DNA from: a virus
Lineage: Duplodnaviria; Caudoviricetes
Strand: one strand, 5' to 3'
IMG/VR virus record: IMGVR_UViG_3300031965_000111
Coordinates: 1-31,478 of that record
DNA: 31,478 nucleotides
Shown here: positions 9,006 to 18,374 of the stretch, in pieces
How positions within the stretch are numbered: position 1 is the stretch's first letter
Layout of the letters: every line of letters starts with the position of its first letter
Program-made: the position numbers and the translations under genes
The notes under the pieces: generated by a model
Database searches by the model: none
Told to the model about the DNA's origin: nothing
What the model saw: only the letters and a program-made list of their open reading frames with translations

Positions 9006-9578
9006 CTACTCTAGCCCATCCTTTACCTTCTGGAGAGCCGAGCTAGGACCCTCACGAGACTCAAGTATCGACGTGATCTTGGCGTCAAGATCAAGCGGTG
9101 GTTTGGGATCGGTCTTCGTAGGCTTCGATCCCTTGTTGACCTTCTTCTTCGCAATCGGCACCGCGACCAGCACCGTAGCGCGCGAGTTCTCGACCAGCGT
9201 GATCTGGACAAACGTCGCCGTAAATACCAGCGCGTCGCCTGTGCTGGCGTCAACCGGTGCGCTCAACGACTCGAGCACCATGTTGTCGAACGTGCCGCGA
9301 TCATCTGTCTCGATTACGACGGGCTCACGCGCGCGGCTCATTTCAATCAGGCGCGAGTAAGCCTCCTGAGATGGCAGCGCATCGCCCCCGCGCTCGGATA
9401 TAATATCGCCGATCGGTGTGTCGCTGACGACGCCAGCAATCGATAGACGGATCGGCCTTGCGCGCACGTGGTCGGCGACGTCGGCGCCATCCTCAACAGG
9501 GTGCGCGGTTACGTCGTTTACGATCGACGCGTCTAGCGTGATCGTAGCGTCGATCGTATACCCGTCGATGACTACCAC
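9006..9578 (-). CDS. Tail tube initiator / Dit-like baseplate protein
   Basis: VTAHPVEDGADVADHVRARPIRLSIAGVVSDTP...FDNMVLESLS motif; follows the tape measure. Confidence 0.85.
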   Translation of the reverse strand: MVVIDGYTIDATITLDASIVNDVTAHPVEDGADVADHVRARPIRLSIAGVVSDTPIGDIISERGGDALPSQEAYSRLIEMSRAREPVVIETDDRGTFDNMVLESLSAPVDASTGDALVFTATFVQITLVENSRATVLVAVPIAKKKVNKGSKPTKTDPKPPLDLDAKITSILESREGPSSALQKVKDGLE

Positions 9579-11362
9579 GCCGACGTAGCTCCTGATGCTG
9601 CGTCCATCTCGCGAGTCTTACTGTCGATCACTTGCTCGACAACGCGCGCGGTTTCTTCGAGACCGGCAACCCCGGTGATGTTGATCGTCGCCTCAAGACG
9701 CGCACCTAGCCCGCGCTCTCTGGCAAACGTCTGAACACCGGCCGCTTTGCCGCTGTCGTTCTCCAGCCGCGCGCGGTTGTACTCCTGCGTGAGAGTCGAC
9801 AACACTTCGTCAACTGTCGCGTCGCCGAAGTCTGTAGCCTTAAGCGCGTCGCTTGTCGCAAGACGTCGCTTATTGAACCGCTCGATCGCGCCGCCCGAAC
9901 GATTCGCGCGATCGATTGCGTAGTTTTGCTGTCGGTTCGCCTTCTCTGCGGCGAGGTCTATCGCAACGCCTGGGATGAAGTCAAACTTTCTTCGCAGGGC
10001 GTCGATCGAGTCGTCAACGACCCCCTGAATCATGTCGCCAATCCAGTGCTTAGCAGACACGTATATATCTTTAAACACAGACCGACCGCCGCGAAAAGCG
10101 ACCCAAAGGTCTTCTAGTACAAGAGCGATCGCCGCGATGCCTGCGGCTAGCAGTATGAACGGCAGGAGCGCAAACGACCACGCGGCTGCCGCGGCAACGG
10201 CGGTGCCCACCAAAAGCTGACCGAACGTGCCCATACCGGTGAACGCGCGATAGATGTCTTCAACTAGATCGCTAATATGCTCAGCGACTGGGGCAATCGC
10301 TTTTACGATCACACCAAACACCTTCGTCATCGCGTTTTTAAACTTATTCCACGCCTTCGTTAGCTTTACAGACGCCATCGCCTGCCGCTTCGCATAGTCT
10401 TCGGCGAGATCGTTCGCCTCCATGGACTGATCGGTCAGACCCTTCCACGCGCCCTCGACCTTCGTGAGCGACTCGAACGCGGCGACCGCTTCCTTGCGCC
10501 CGAAGATTTCGATCAGCTTGTCGCGCCGGAAGCCCTTCGCCTGGATTGCGTCGACGATCGCGTCGAACTCTTTGAGCGTGCCGTCTTTGTTGAAGACCTC
10601 GACGCCCTCCTTACGTAGCCGCTTCGCCGCGGTGCCTGACACGGCGCCCATCAGCGCCTCGAGCTGCGTCGCGGCTTCCGCCGCCGAGCCCGCGCCCTGT
10701 CGCGACAGCTGCAGCGCAGCGCTGATCTTCGCGAGACCTGCGACGCCAGCGCCGCCGGCAAACTTGGATGCTGCGGGCGTGAGCGATGCGAACAGCGAAG
10801 ACATCTCCTTCAGCTCGATCGCGCCGGCCTTACCCGAGCTGATCAGCACCGAGAACGCCTTCTCGAACTGCGCGGGCATGATGCCCAGGTTCTGGATTAG
10901 CGCCGCGCTCGCCCCGGTTACGTCGGACATTTCCGACCCGGTCGCCGACGTCACCTTCGCGAAGGTTTCCATCGCCTCCGCGGCTGCCTTGCCGTCGCCG
11001 GTGAGCGCTACGAAGTTAGCGGTACCTGCAAGAATAACATCCTTCGCAACGCCGGTCGCGTTGGAGACCTCGAGGATTTTCGATCGAACGCTCTCGAGCG
11101 ATCCGACTGATCCTCGTGACGCGATATCGAGATCCTCGAGCCCTTGCTGAAACCCGAACGCGTCACGCGCCGCCATCGCAACGCCGAAGCCAGCTGCTAG
11201 CCCGACAATCTTAGACTGTATCCCGGCGAGCGCCCGTCCGACACGCTGACCCTGGGTCTGTGCTCCAGTAGCGAGGCGATCGATCGCGCCTGTACCCTGC
11301 TGGAACTCGGCTTTATCAACCTTCAGTCCGAGACGCGCGAATATGTCGGCAACCTTGCTCAC
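9572..11362 (-). CDS. Tail tape measure protein (TP901-family core)
   Basis: 596 aa, Ala/Gly-rich and helical; SGKAGAIELKEMS and LIEIFGRKEA motifs; hydrophobic stretch; follows the chaperones. Confidence 0.92.
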   Translation of the reverse strand: MSKVADIFARLGLKVDKAEFQQGTGAIDRLATGAQTQGQRVGRALAGIQSKIVGLAAGFGVAMAARDAFGFQQGLEDLDIASRGSVGSLESVRSKILEVSNATGVAKDVILAGTANFVALTGDGKAAAEAMETFAKVTSATGSEMSDVTGASAALIQNLGIMPAQFEKAFSVLISSGKAGAIELKEMSSLFASLTPAASKFAGGAGVAGLAKISAALQLSRQGAGSAAEAATQLEALMGAVSGTAAKRLRKEGVEVFNKDGTLKEFDAIVDAIQAKGFRRDKLIEIFGRKEAVAAFESLTKVEGAWKGLTDQSMEANDLAEDYAKRQAMASVKLTKAWNKFKNAMTKVFGVIVKAIAPVAEHISDLVEDIYRAFTGMGTFGQLLVGTAVAAAAAWSFALLPFILLAAGIAAIALVLEDLWVAFRGGRSVFKDIYVSAKHWIGDMIQGVVDDSIDALRRKFDFIPGVAIDLAAEKANRQQNYAIDRANRSGGAIERFNKRRLATSDALKATDFGDATVDEVLSTLTQEYNRARLENDSGKAAGVQTFARERGLGARLEATINITGVAGLEETARVVEQVIDSKTREMDAASGATSAW

Positions 11363-11601
11363 TTTTTACCGCGGTTCAACCTGTCTTTGTGTCGTGCAAA
11401 TGCGAATGCGGTCAGCGCCTCGTGTGCCTGCTCGACCTCGTCGATCGAAATGTTGTCGTGCTCGCCCAGCTTGATTTTGTCGGCGTCGACGAGCTGCCAG
11501 AACATCAGCGCATCGGATATGTCTGGGTCGGTCTCGACCGCTACGCCGTCGCCGTCTGATCCCCAGCGGCGCTGCCTGCGGCTGCAACGCCTCGCAAAAA
11601 A
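11359..11601 (-). CDS. Frameshift extension (gpT-like part) of the tail assembly chaperone
   Basis: The -1 frame is open from the slippery site to a TGA overlapping the tape-measure GTG; encodes ...LMFWQLVDADKIKLGEHDNISIDEVEQAHEAL... Confidence 0.7.
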   Translation of the reverse strand, partial: FFARRCSRRQRRWGSDGDGVAVETDPDISDALMFWQLVDADKIKLGEHDNISIDEVEQAHEALTAFAFARHKDRLNRGKK

Positions 11602-11987
11602 TCCCCGAAGTTGACCTCGATTGCGAGCTGCATCGCGCCGAGCATCGCCGGCATGTTGCCCTCGAAAGCCGCGTTTATGCCGGTCGCCTCGCGCAGCTCG
11701 ACGCGCTGGCGCGCGCCCGCGTCGTTTGTTACGAGCGCCGTCGTCGACGCGAACAGCCGAGCGCACAGGTCGTCGATATTCTCGCCGTCGATGTTGACGA
11801 GTAGCTGAGTGATCGCTGGTACGAGATCCTCGAGCTGCACGTTCATCGTCGCGCGAACGTCTTTGATCGCCAGCACAGGGGCGAGGATCTTGCCGAGCTT
11901 CGTCATCAGCTTGAAGCCCATGAGCGCGGGCAGCTGCGTCGACGTTACGCTGACGCCGCTACAGTCGCGTGTTTCGTTTTTGAGCAC
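11541..11987 (-). CDS. Tail assembly chaperone (gpG-like)
   Basis: Between tube and tape measure; GGAGG RBS; C-terminal IEVNFGDFL motif. Confidence 0.85.
   Translation of the reverse strand: MLKNETRDCSGVSVTSTQLPALMGFKLMTKLGKILAPVLAIKDVRATMNVQLEDLVPAITQLLVNIDGENIDDLCARLFASTTALVTNDAGARQRVELREATGINAAFEGNMPAMLGAMQLAIEVNFGDFLRGVAAAGSAAGDQTATA
11595..11601 (-). other. Programmed -1 ribosomal frameshift site T TTT TTG
   Basis: In-frame GAT TTT TTG near the end of the chaperone gene; X XXY YYZ heptamer identical to the P2 E/E' site; the downstream ORF is in the -1 frame. Confidence 0.75.
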
Positions 11988-12038
11988 CTAGATACCTCCG
12001 TGTCAGGTTGCTCGAGCGCGCGACGTGCGCGCCCGACG

Positions 12039-12464
12039 CTAGAACAGCGCGCCGCCGACGTACACGTCGAAGCTCGCGACAGCGATAACCCATTCGCGCG
12101 TGCTGGCGTCTGTCGCATGCTCGACGTTCGGGACCTTTTGGATCCACGCAACCGGCGCGCTGAGAATCGTGTTGCCGTTCAGATCCTTGACCGTGAGCGG
12201 ACCGAAGCCCAGCCCGCTCGCTTCGTCGAGAATGGCGACCGCGCTCAGGCTATCGTTGCTCGGGCTCTCAGCCATCAGCGTGATTGTCACCATGCCCGAT
12301 CGGTTGCGCGATCGAACGCGCGTGATCTCGCCACGCGCGCCAGCCACCTTGCTGAAGGCATCGACTTCGCGCTCGCCCGCGATGAACGTACCTTCCGCGA
12401 AGCCCGACAGTGGGATGCCGCGGAAGATCGCGACGACTTTACCGGGATCGTAATTCTTGAACAT
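12039..12464 (-). CDS. Tail tube protein (DUF3277-like)
   Basis: NYDPGKV...LSGFAEGTFI...VAGARGE...GMVTITLMAESPSNDSL...REWVI; follows the sheath. Confidence 0.9.
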   Translation of the reverse strand: MFKNYDPGKVVAIFRGIPLSGFAEGTFIAGEREVDAFSKVAGARGEITRVRSRNRSGMVTITLMAESPSNDSLSAVAILDEASGLGFGPLTVKDLNGNTILSAPVAWIQKVPNVEHATDASTREWVIAVASFDVYVGGALF

Positions 12465-12480
12465 GGGTCAGGGATCCTTC

Positions 12481-13800
12481 TTACAGCGAAACGACGCCGG
12501 TAACGTTGACCTTGTGCACGGCGCCCGAGCGCACCGCGCTGAACTTCATGTCCGGCAGGAGCCGCGCGAGCTTGTCGGCGGCGTCGATGTCGGCGACGAG
12601 CGGCACGGTGATCGTGAAGCTCGCGTAAATCTGCCTCTGAACCGCGATCGTCAGCGTCGCCCGCATGTCGTTTTCGATCAGCGCTACGCCGTCGTCGTCG
12701 TATGGGATTTTGTCGTTCGCGGCGAGCGTCGCGAAGATACGCTTCGCCATGTCATCTTCAACCCAATCATCCCCGCGCACGACGTCGGCGTAATCGCCGT
12801 CAGCCATCGTGCCCATCTGCGTTATGTTCACGCCGGCAACCGTGGTGTAGAAGTTCGCATTCCGCGCGACGAGCCGCGCGCGCTGCGTCGACGTCAGCGT
12901 GGTGGGGCTTACGCCGCTCAGGGTTTTCCCGAACCACGTGATCGATCCCGGGTCGGCGTGCGAGCAGCGCCCGACGCACGCCGCCGCGGTGAATTGATCG
13001 GGCTTGTGGTGGTAGAAGCCCATCGTGCGCGCGCGTGCGAGTGTCGCGAGATCGTCGAGCGTATCGCTGTTGCCGGCGGCGGTCGCGATCGCGTCGGTCT
13101 CGTTCACGTCGAAGACGTAGATTTTCGACTCGGTCTCGACCCAGGCGGCGGCGGCGAGCACGCACGCGTTGCTGTTGTAGTTCGTCAGCAGGATGCCCCA
13201 ATCGGAATCCTCGAGCGCGATCGCGGCGAGGTCCGTCGCAACGCCCGGGTCGACGTGGGTCTGCTCGATCTGGCACGCCGACGTCGGGCTGATCTGCTCG
13301 ATCGAAAACCACTCGCCAGCGGCGGACGCGGTGACGGTTACGGTCGTGTCCGTATCAGTCGCCGCCGCGGTGTAGTTCTTGCCGACCACGGCGTTCAGAG
13401 CGGTGACAATGCCGTCGGTGATCTCGGCGAGCGTTCCCGACGAATCGGATGTGAAGTCGACGGTCTCTTCGGTCACGCCTTCGCCGCTCACGCGGAAGCT
13501 GTAGAGCGTGCTCGACAGCTCTTCGGGCGTGAGCTTGTAGACCTGCGTAGCGGGCAGCGCGGCGCGACCGATCTTGATCGTCTTCGGGTGGGGGTTCTGC
13601 GAGAAGATCGCGGTCGCGGTCAGCGCTTCGGGCGAGTCTGCCGCGAAGTCGTCGAGCACGCCAGCGAGATCGGTGTACGATCGCACGCGCTCAGCCCACG
13701 CGGCGGTGTTCGACACGATAAGGGGCGTGCCGAATGCCGTACGCGCGACGCCGACGGAATCGCTCGTGATGGAAATGTCGACGATGTCTGAAAGCGCCAT
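12481..13800 (-). CDS. Contractile tail sheath protein (DUF3383-like)
   Basis: FGTPLI, AIFSQNPHP, PGSITWFGKTLSGV, DVVRGDDW, KIPYDDDG, GAVHKVNVTG motifs. Confidence 0.93.
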   Translation of the reverse strand: MALSDIVDISITSDSVGVARTAFGTPLIVSNTAAWAERVRSYTDLAGVLDDFAADSPEALTATAIFSQNPHPKTIKIGRAALPATQVYKLTPEELSSTLYSFRVSGEGVTEETVDFTSDSSGTLAEITDGIVTALNAVVGKNYTAAATDTDTTVTVTASAAGEWFSIEQISPTSACQIEQTHVDPGVATDLAAIALEDSDWGILLTNYNSNACVLAAAAWVETESKIYVFDVNETDAIATAAGNSDTLDDLATLARARTMGFYHHKPDQFTAAACVGRCSHADPGSITWFGKTLSGVSPTTLTSTQRARLVARNANFYTTVAGVNITQMGTMADGDYADVVRGDDWVEDDMAKRIFATLAANDKIPYDDDGVALIENDMRATLTIAVQRQIYASFTITVPLVADIDAADKLARLLPDMKFSAVRSGAVHKVNVTGVVSL

Positions 13801-13809
13801 AGGTACCCT

Positions 13810-13844
13810 ACGCTAGCACGTGCCGCGCTTTGCGCGAAATTGCG
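13810..13844 (-). promoter_or_regulatory. Putative late promoter of the tail operon
   Basis: CGCAATTTCG-N19-TAGCGT, 9 nt before the sheath ATG; intergenic. Confidence 0.7.
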
Positions 13845-13853
13845 CCCGCTTGG

Positions 13854-14390
13854 CTACTCTTCGGTGATTTCCGTGGTCTCGATATACGTCGCGACCTCGC
13901 TGACGTCGGACGCGACGCCCAGATAGGCGGTCATCGTGGCGCGCGGCTCCCAGTCCGTTGCTCCGACGATCGCGCCTAGCGAGTTGATTGCATCGAACCT
14001 GCGGACCGACACGCCGCCCGCGCGCAACGCGTCGGCGATCGACGCGTGGCGAACCTTCGCCTGCACGTCGTTTAGAATCGACATCGCGCTCGCGGTGCCG
14101 AGCGGCGAGTCAGCGAAGCACTGAATCGACAGCGCGATCTCTCGAGGTCCCTCTCGATGTATCTCGATCTCTTCGCCGGCATCGGGCGGCGGATCGTCGT
14201 CGGACAGATCGACGATGCGCTTCCAGTCTTCGCCGAACCGGCTTAGCGTGATCGCGTTGATCGCGATATAGGGCGGCGCGGGTCGGTTGCCGCCCTGCTC
14301 TGCCCAGATGACTTTGGCGCCCGCCAGCCCTGACGCCGCGACGATCCATGACTGGATCGCGTTCTCGATTGTCGTTCCCCCGAAGCTCAT
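13854..14390 (-). CDS. Neck / tail terminator protein
   Basis: VIWAEQGGNRPAPPYIAI...REIALSIQCF...WEPRATM; immediately upstream of the sheath. Confidence 0.82.
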   Translation of the reverse strand: MSFGGTTIENAIQSWIVAASGLAGAKVIWAEQGGNRPAPPYIAINAITLSRFGEDWKRIVDLSDDDPPPDAGEEIEIHREGPREIALSIQCFADSPLGTASAMSILNDVQAKVRHASIADALRAGGVSVRRFDAINSLGAIVGATDWEPRATMTAYLGVASDVSEVATYIETTEITEE

Positions 14391-14399
14391 GGGCGATCC

Positions 14400-15761
14400 T
14401 TAGACTGCAAAGTTTCCATCGTTGACCTTGAAGTGAATCGACGCGATCCGACGGCGCCAGCCGCCGTGTGGTAGTAGCGTGATCGTCTTCTCGGTCGCGT
14501 CACCAACGATCGTCGACACGCCGTGGAACCGCCCCCAGAATCGCGACCCGTCATAGATGACCGTCGGCGCGTCGTCGCCTTCGTAGCGGATCGAGATCGT
14601 CAGGTTTGTGATTGCAACGTTGTCAGCGGCGACGTACGCCAGCGCTTCGTGTCGGCGGATCGTTCCGCTCGCCTTCGTCGGCGTCAGCGTCGGCGATGTC
14701 GTGTCGGCGCCCCCGTCGCCGAGCACGCCGAGCGTGTACACCGTAACGTCACCGAGGTCAGTCCATGTCCCGGCGTACGTTAGTGCGCCCCCGTCCGGCA
14801 CTTCGTCGATCCAACCCGCGACCACGTCTTCGCCGAGATTGATGTACGCGCCGCTAGCATACGTTTTCGTGAATGGGCTAGCGGTCTGCTGACCAGCCCA
14901 CAAGAAGATCGAACTCAGCCCGCGTGTATATTCGTCTGTTGCGCCAGCGTACGTGACTGGGCGCCGGATGTACATTGCGTGTAGTTCAAGCAAACCGGTT
15001 AGCGGGTTGGTCGATGCAGATACAGGTGTAGATCCTCCGGTGTTGTCAGCAGACACCTTGCGCGCCGTGACGGTGCCCGCGCCGTCGTCGAAGTACGACC
15101 AACCCATGATGTTGGCTTCCGAATTCTCGAAGCTAGCTTCCTGGTAGGCGACTGGGTTTCCGTTGGTGCCTGATGCACAGCAGAACCAGTAGGGGTAGTC
15201 GTCATCTGCGTGCGGAGATACGAATGGGTCACAGAAGAACTGGTGTCCACTGTGTGCCGCGCCCGCAGTGATCGTCTGCACCGTGAAGAAGAAAGCGTCT
15301 GAATCCTGATCGACGGCGCCAATCATAACCCGCGCCTGCGCGCCTAGACCCGTTCGAGTGTCTCCAAACATGGTCGCGCCGGTCGGCGATCCGTCGGTGC
15401 CGACGCCAAGGATTAGTTGCTGATCGGCCGCTGTCGGTGGCGTGGTTGCGTCTGGCGTGCCGCCAGTGAAGCCGGCTGCGCGTGAGTGCGTGACGCGAAC
15501 CATCGCCGTCGAGTTCATGTCGAGCACGTGGAAGCGGTAGCTCTGACCGCTTGTGCTCTCCAAAACCCACCACGAGTTAGCGACGATCTTAGACTTGTCC
15601 GTAATCAGGTTTGACTCGTCATACGTGGTGCCGTCGCTAGATCGCGGAATCGACCAACGCCCGGAGCTTAGGAGTAGCTCGATCTCCTTGAAGAAGTGGT
15701 CGGCGGGGTCGTTTCGATTCACGTCGACCACGAGCGTTACTTCGTTTGTGAAGCCGTACAT
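14400..15761 (-). CDS. Hypothetical virion protein within the neck module (appendage candidate)
   Basis: 453 aa, Gly/Thr/Ser-rich and beta-strand-like, with an Ig-like C-terminal segment (DTTSPTLT...AADNVAIT); abuts the upstream stop (TAAATG). Confidence 0.65.
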   Translation of the reverse strand: MYGFTNEVTLVVDVNRNDPADHFFKEIELLLSSGRWSIPRSSDGTTYDESNLITDKSKIVANSWWVLESTSGQSYRFHVLDMNSTAMVRVTHSRAAGFTGGTPDATTPPTAADQQLILGVGTDGSPTGATMFGDTRTGLGAQARVMIGAVDQDSDAFFFTVQTITAGAAHSGHQFFCDPFVSPHADDDYPYWFCCASGTNGNPVAYQEASFENSEANIMGWSYFDDGAGTVTARKVSADNTGGSTPVSASTNPLTGLLELHAMYIRRPVTYAGATDEYTRGLSSIFLWAGQQTASPFTKTYASGAYINLGEDVVAGWIDEVPDGGALTYAGTWTDLGDVTVYTLGVLGDGGADTTSPTLTPTKASGTIRRHEALAYVAADNVAITNLTISIRYEGDDAPTVIYDGSRFWGRFHGVSTIVGDATEKTITLLPHGGWRRRIASIHFKVNDGNFAV

Positions 15762-16130
15762 TTACGAACTCACCACAACGCGCGAGACGATCGCGACGTA
15801 GTAAAAATATCCGTCGAACGCGTCGACCTTCTTCGCGCTAACGGCTTTCCAGTCTTCACCGTCGATGCTGATCGAGTCGGGTTGGTTCCCAGCGGTGATC
15901 GCGATTATTGCGGTCGTCGTATAGACCGCTTTCGTTTCGACGCCGTGATAGCCCTCGGGTAGCAGCTGGATCTGTCGCGCCGTCGTCGGGCGCACGACCG
16001 CGACGATCGTAAACGTTGACGGCACGCCCGCCACGAGCCGCCCTGTCGACCCGTATCCGCCGTTCGTCGTGCGGGTCACCGTGTAGCTCGCGGCGGTCGC
16101 GAAGTCGCCTATGACGTCAAGCAGGCTCAC
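15762..16130 (-). CDS. Head closure (stopper) protein
   Basis: GTGA overlap start; YTVTRTTNGGY..GRLV...VVRPTT..IQLLPEG...PDSISIDGEDWK motif. Confidence 0.8.
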   Translation of the reverse strand: MSLLDVIGDFATAASYTVTRTTNGGYGSTGRLVAGVPSTFTIVAVVRPTTARQIQLLPEGYHGVETKAVYTTTAIIAITAGNQPDSISIDGEDWKAVSAKKVDAFDGYFYYVAIVSRVVVSS

Positions 16131-16624
16131 TCGCGCCTCGTGACCGCGTAGGTAATCGATCGCGCAAGTTGCCCCGTGTCGAACAGCGGACGACTCGACT
16201 GCTTCTTCGCAATCGTCGCCGGCTTCAGCTTCGGTCGCAGGTGCGCGCCGGTCGTGATCGTCTTCTGCACTTCGGACGCGCCCCATTGCCCGAGCAGCTC
16301 GAGGGCGTACTTGACGGACCAATCCTTGATGATAATCCCGCGCGCGAGCTTGCTAGTCATCGTGGCGTACTGCCGACGCTTGACGATAAACGTTCGACGG
16401 ATAAACGAGCGCTCCGGGATGTTCGCCTTCGGTGCGCCGTACTCGTGGATCGCGGCGATCTCGACCATGTTTGCGCCGCTGCCCTTGCCGTCTTCGTCTT
16501 TGTGCTCGTCGCCGCCCTTGCCGGACATGAGCACGCCCACGCGCACGCCCGTGTGATCGGCAGCCTCGAGCTTGCGCAGAAGGTTTTTCCACGCCCTGTC
16601 GTCGAGATTCACGCGCATCGTCAT
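16127..16624 (-). CDS. Neck / tail completion protein (Mu gpG / HK97 gp10-like)
   Basis: VRVGV...IAAIHEYGAP..NIPERSFIR...PATIAKKQSSRPLFDTGQLARSITY. Confidence 0.88.
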   Translation of the reverse strand: MTMRVNLDDRAWKNLLRKLEAADHTGVRVGVLMSGKGGDEHKDEDGKGSGANMVEIAAIHEYGAPKANIPERSFIRRTFIVKRRQYATMTSKLARGIIIKDWSVKYALELLGQWGASEVQKTITTGAHLRPKLKPATIAKKQSSRPLFDTGQLARSITYAVTRRE

Positions 16625-16989
16625 AGGACCACCGGGCAGCGCGCGGTGCTGCGTCGAACCATGGAGCGAAACGCCTTACCATACGGCGTCGAGTCGAGCA
16701 GCGCATCGGAGCCAGCGGGCGAAAACGCGGCGTAGGTCCGTGACAGATCCGCCGTGCTCTGACTTAGCAGCGGTCCCGCCGGACCGTTCGATCCGTTCTT
16801 CGTGATCGTTCCGTGGTGCGCGGCGAGGTAGATCCGAGCAAGCTTAGTGTTGATCGAATCCTCGCCGCCGAAGTGATCGACCGCGAGCGTTTCGTTAACG
16901 TAATCGAGGATATCGGTTTGCGCCGACGCGGGAACCGTCGACAGCTCGGCGGCGAATGCTTCGACCATGGTCCAGGTGATTGCAGCCAT
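16621..16989 (-). CDS. Head-tail adaptor (DUF4054-like)
   Basis: IYLAAHH...SQSTADLSRTY...LDSTPYGKAF motif. Confidence 0.85.
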   Translation of the reverse strand: MAAITWTMVEAFAAELSTVPASAQTDILDYVNETLAVDHFGGEDSINTKLARIYLAAHHGTITKNGSNGPAGPLLSQSTADLSRTYAAFSPAGSDALLDSTPYGKAFRSMVRRSTARCPVVL

Positions 16990-18374
16990 CAGATTTCCGC
17001 TCCTGCAAACGCGTTAGTACCGGTTACACGATTACCTGCATACTCGCAGTCGCGGTGTGTGCCGACGGTCTTACCGAGCAGCGTGTTATGATCGATCAGT
17101 CCAGAGATCGATCCGGCGCCGCTGGCGTGCAGTGCGTTTCGAGTCGTGAGCCCGGGATCGGCGTAGTTGCGCGCCACGCGCAACCGCGTGAACGCCCGAC
17201 CGTACAAACGGATCGCACCTGTGCCGCCGATCGCCTGCCCAAAGAAGCCCGTCAGCCGGTTATCCTCAACTGTAAGATCGTCGCACACACCGCCGTCCGC
17301 GTTCACGCTAATGCCGTTTCCGTTTGCTGCGTCGGAAAGCGCGCTCATGATGTTGCGCGCGATGCGGCTAGACGTCATGCGTCGAGAAACGTAGATGCCG
17401 CTTCTAGACACGCGAGTCAGTATATTGTCCTCACACACGATTTCGCTATACACACCCGTACCGAACAGTATTCCGTCCGGTATCGATCCGCCAGCGGTAC
17501 CGTCGATCACGTTGCCGGATACTACGATATTGCTAGCGATATCGCAGTTCATCGCGATACCAAGCCCGCAGTCCGTGATCACGTTGCGCGCTATCAAACC
17601 TCGATGACTCTCGCCGCCGTCGGTCGTAGCAATCTGAATGCCCGCGAAATCAGCAACCGTAACATCTTCGACCACGTTATCGCTTATGTCGAACGTGTCA
17701 CAGTCGACCGCTTTGATTAGGTCGCGCTCGATCGTTAGCCCGCGGTTGCGCTGGAACGTAAGACCTAGCACGCCTCTCACAATGCACGCGTCTGCGTTCA
17801 CGGAAGCGTGTCCCGATCCAATCCGAACCCATCGGTTATCTGTAACGACGTGATCGGTGTATTGCTCGCCGTCTTCTTCGGTGTGGTAGTAGCCCTCAAA
17901 AAAACAGTCGCGCGAGAAGTTGCGCCGCGCAGTGACGCGGCTGCACTGCTTCAACGCGATCGACGCGCCGTACACGTCGAAAAATTCGCAATCGTTAATG
18001 GTTAGATCGTTGACGTCAATCGCCCTTATGGCTGCGCGAAACCCGCGCCCCTGACCGCTGGCTCCGTTGTCAAACGAGTCAGAGAAGCCGTCGGCGGGCT
18101 GCGCGAGCGCCTGCCCGTCGAACAGAATCGCACCCGATATTGTTACGTCGTCTCCGACGATTTCAAGGATCGGCGAGTCGTCGCCGCTGTCTAGTACAGG
18201 GCTAAGCAGCGTTGCGCGCCCGTCGGCGCTCAGCCGCGCGCCCGCAGGAACCTGCACCGCCGAACACTTGTAGATCAGTCCGTGATCGAACACAGCTTCA
18301 CCGGTCATCAGTGCGGCTTGTATTGCCGCAGTGTCGTCGGTCGCTCCGTCGCCTACCGCGCCCGGGATGCTCAT
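16989..18374 (-). CDS. Right-handed beta-helix (pectate lyase-like) protein, depolymerase/spike candidate
   Basis: ATGA-coupled start; MSIPGAVGDGATDDTAAIQAAL (Pectate_lyase_3-type N-terminal motif) followed by PbH1-like Asn-ladder repeats (ISDNVVED, IARNVITD, VSGNVIDG, CEDNILTR, VEDNRLTG). Confidence 0.85.
   Translation of the reverse strand: MSIPGAVGDGATDDTAAIQAALMTGEAVFDHGLIYKCSAVQVPAGARLSADGRATLLSPVLDSGDDSPILEIVGDDVTISGAILFDGQALAQPADGFSDSFDNGASGQGRGFRAAIRAIDVNDLTINDCEFFDVYGASIALKQCSRVTARRNFSRDCFFEGYYHTEEDGEQYTDHVVTDNRWVRIGSGHASVNADACIVRGVLGLTFQRNRGLTIERDLIKAVDCDTFDISDNVVEDVTVADFAGIQIATTDGGESHRGLIARNVITDCGLGIAMNCDIASNIVVSGNVIDGTAGGSIPDGILFGTGVYSEIVCEDNILTRVSRSGIYVSRRMTSSRIARNIMSALSDAANGNGISVNADGGVCDDLTVEDNRLTGFFGQAIGGTGAIRLYGRAFTRLRVARNYADPGLTTRNALHASGAGSISGLIDHNTLLGKTVGTHRDCEYAGNRVTGTNAFAGAEI

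Noticed and set aside
12457-13791. Long plus-strand ORFs (444 aa here; also 1661-2485, 16980-17720, 21484-22236, 28898-29708)
   Set aside because: Antisense shadows of well-supported minus-strand genes; Arg-rich and without motifs, as expected at high GC.
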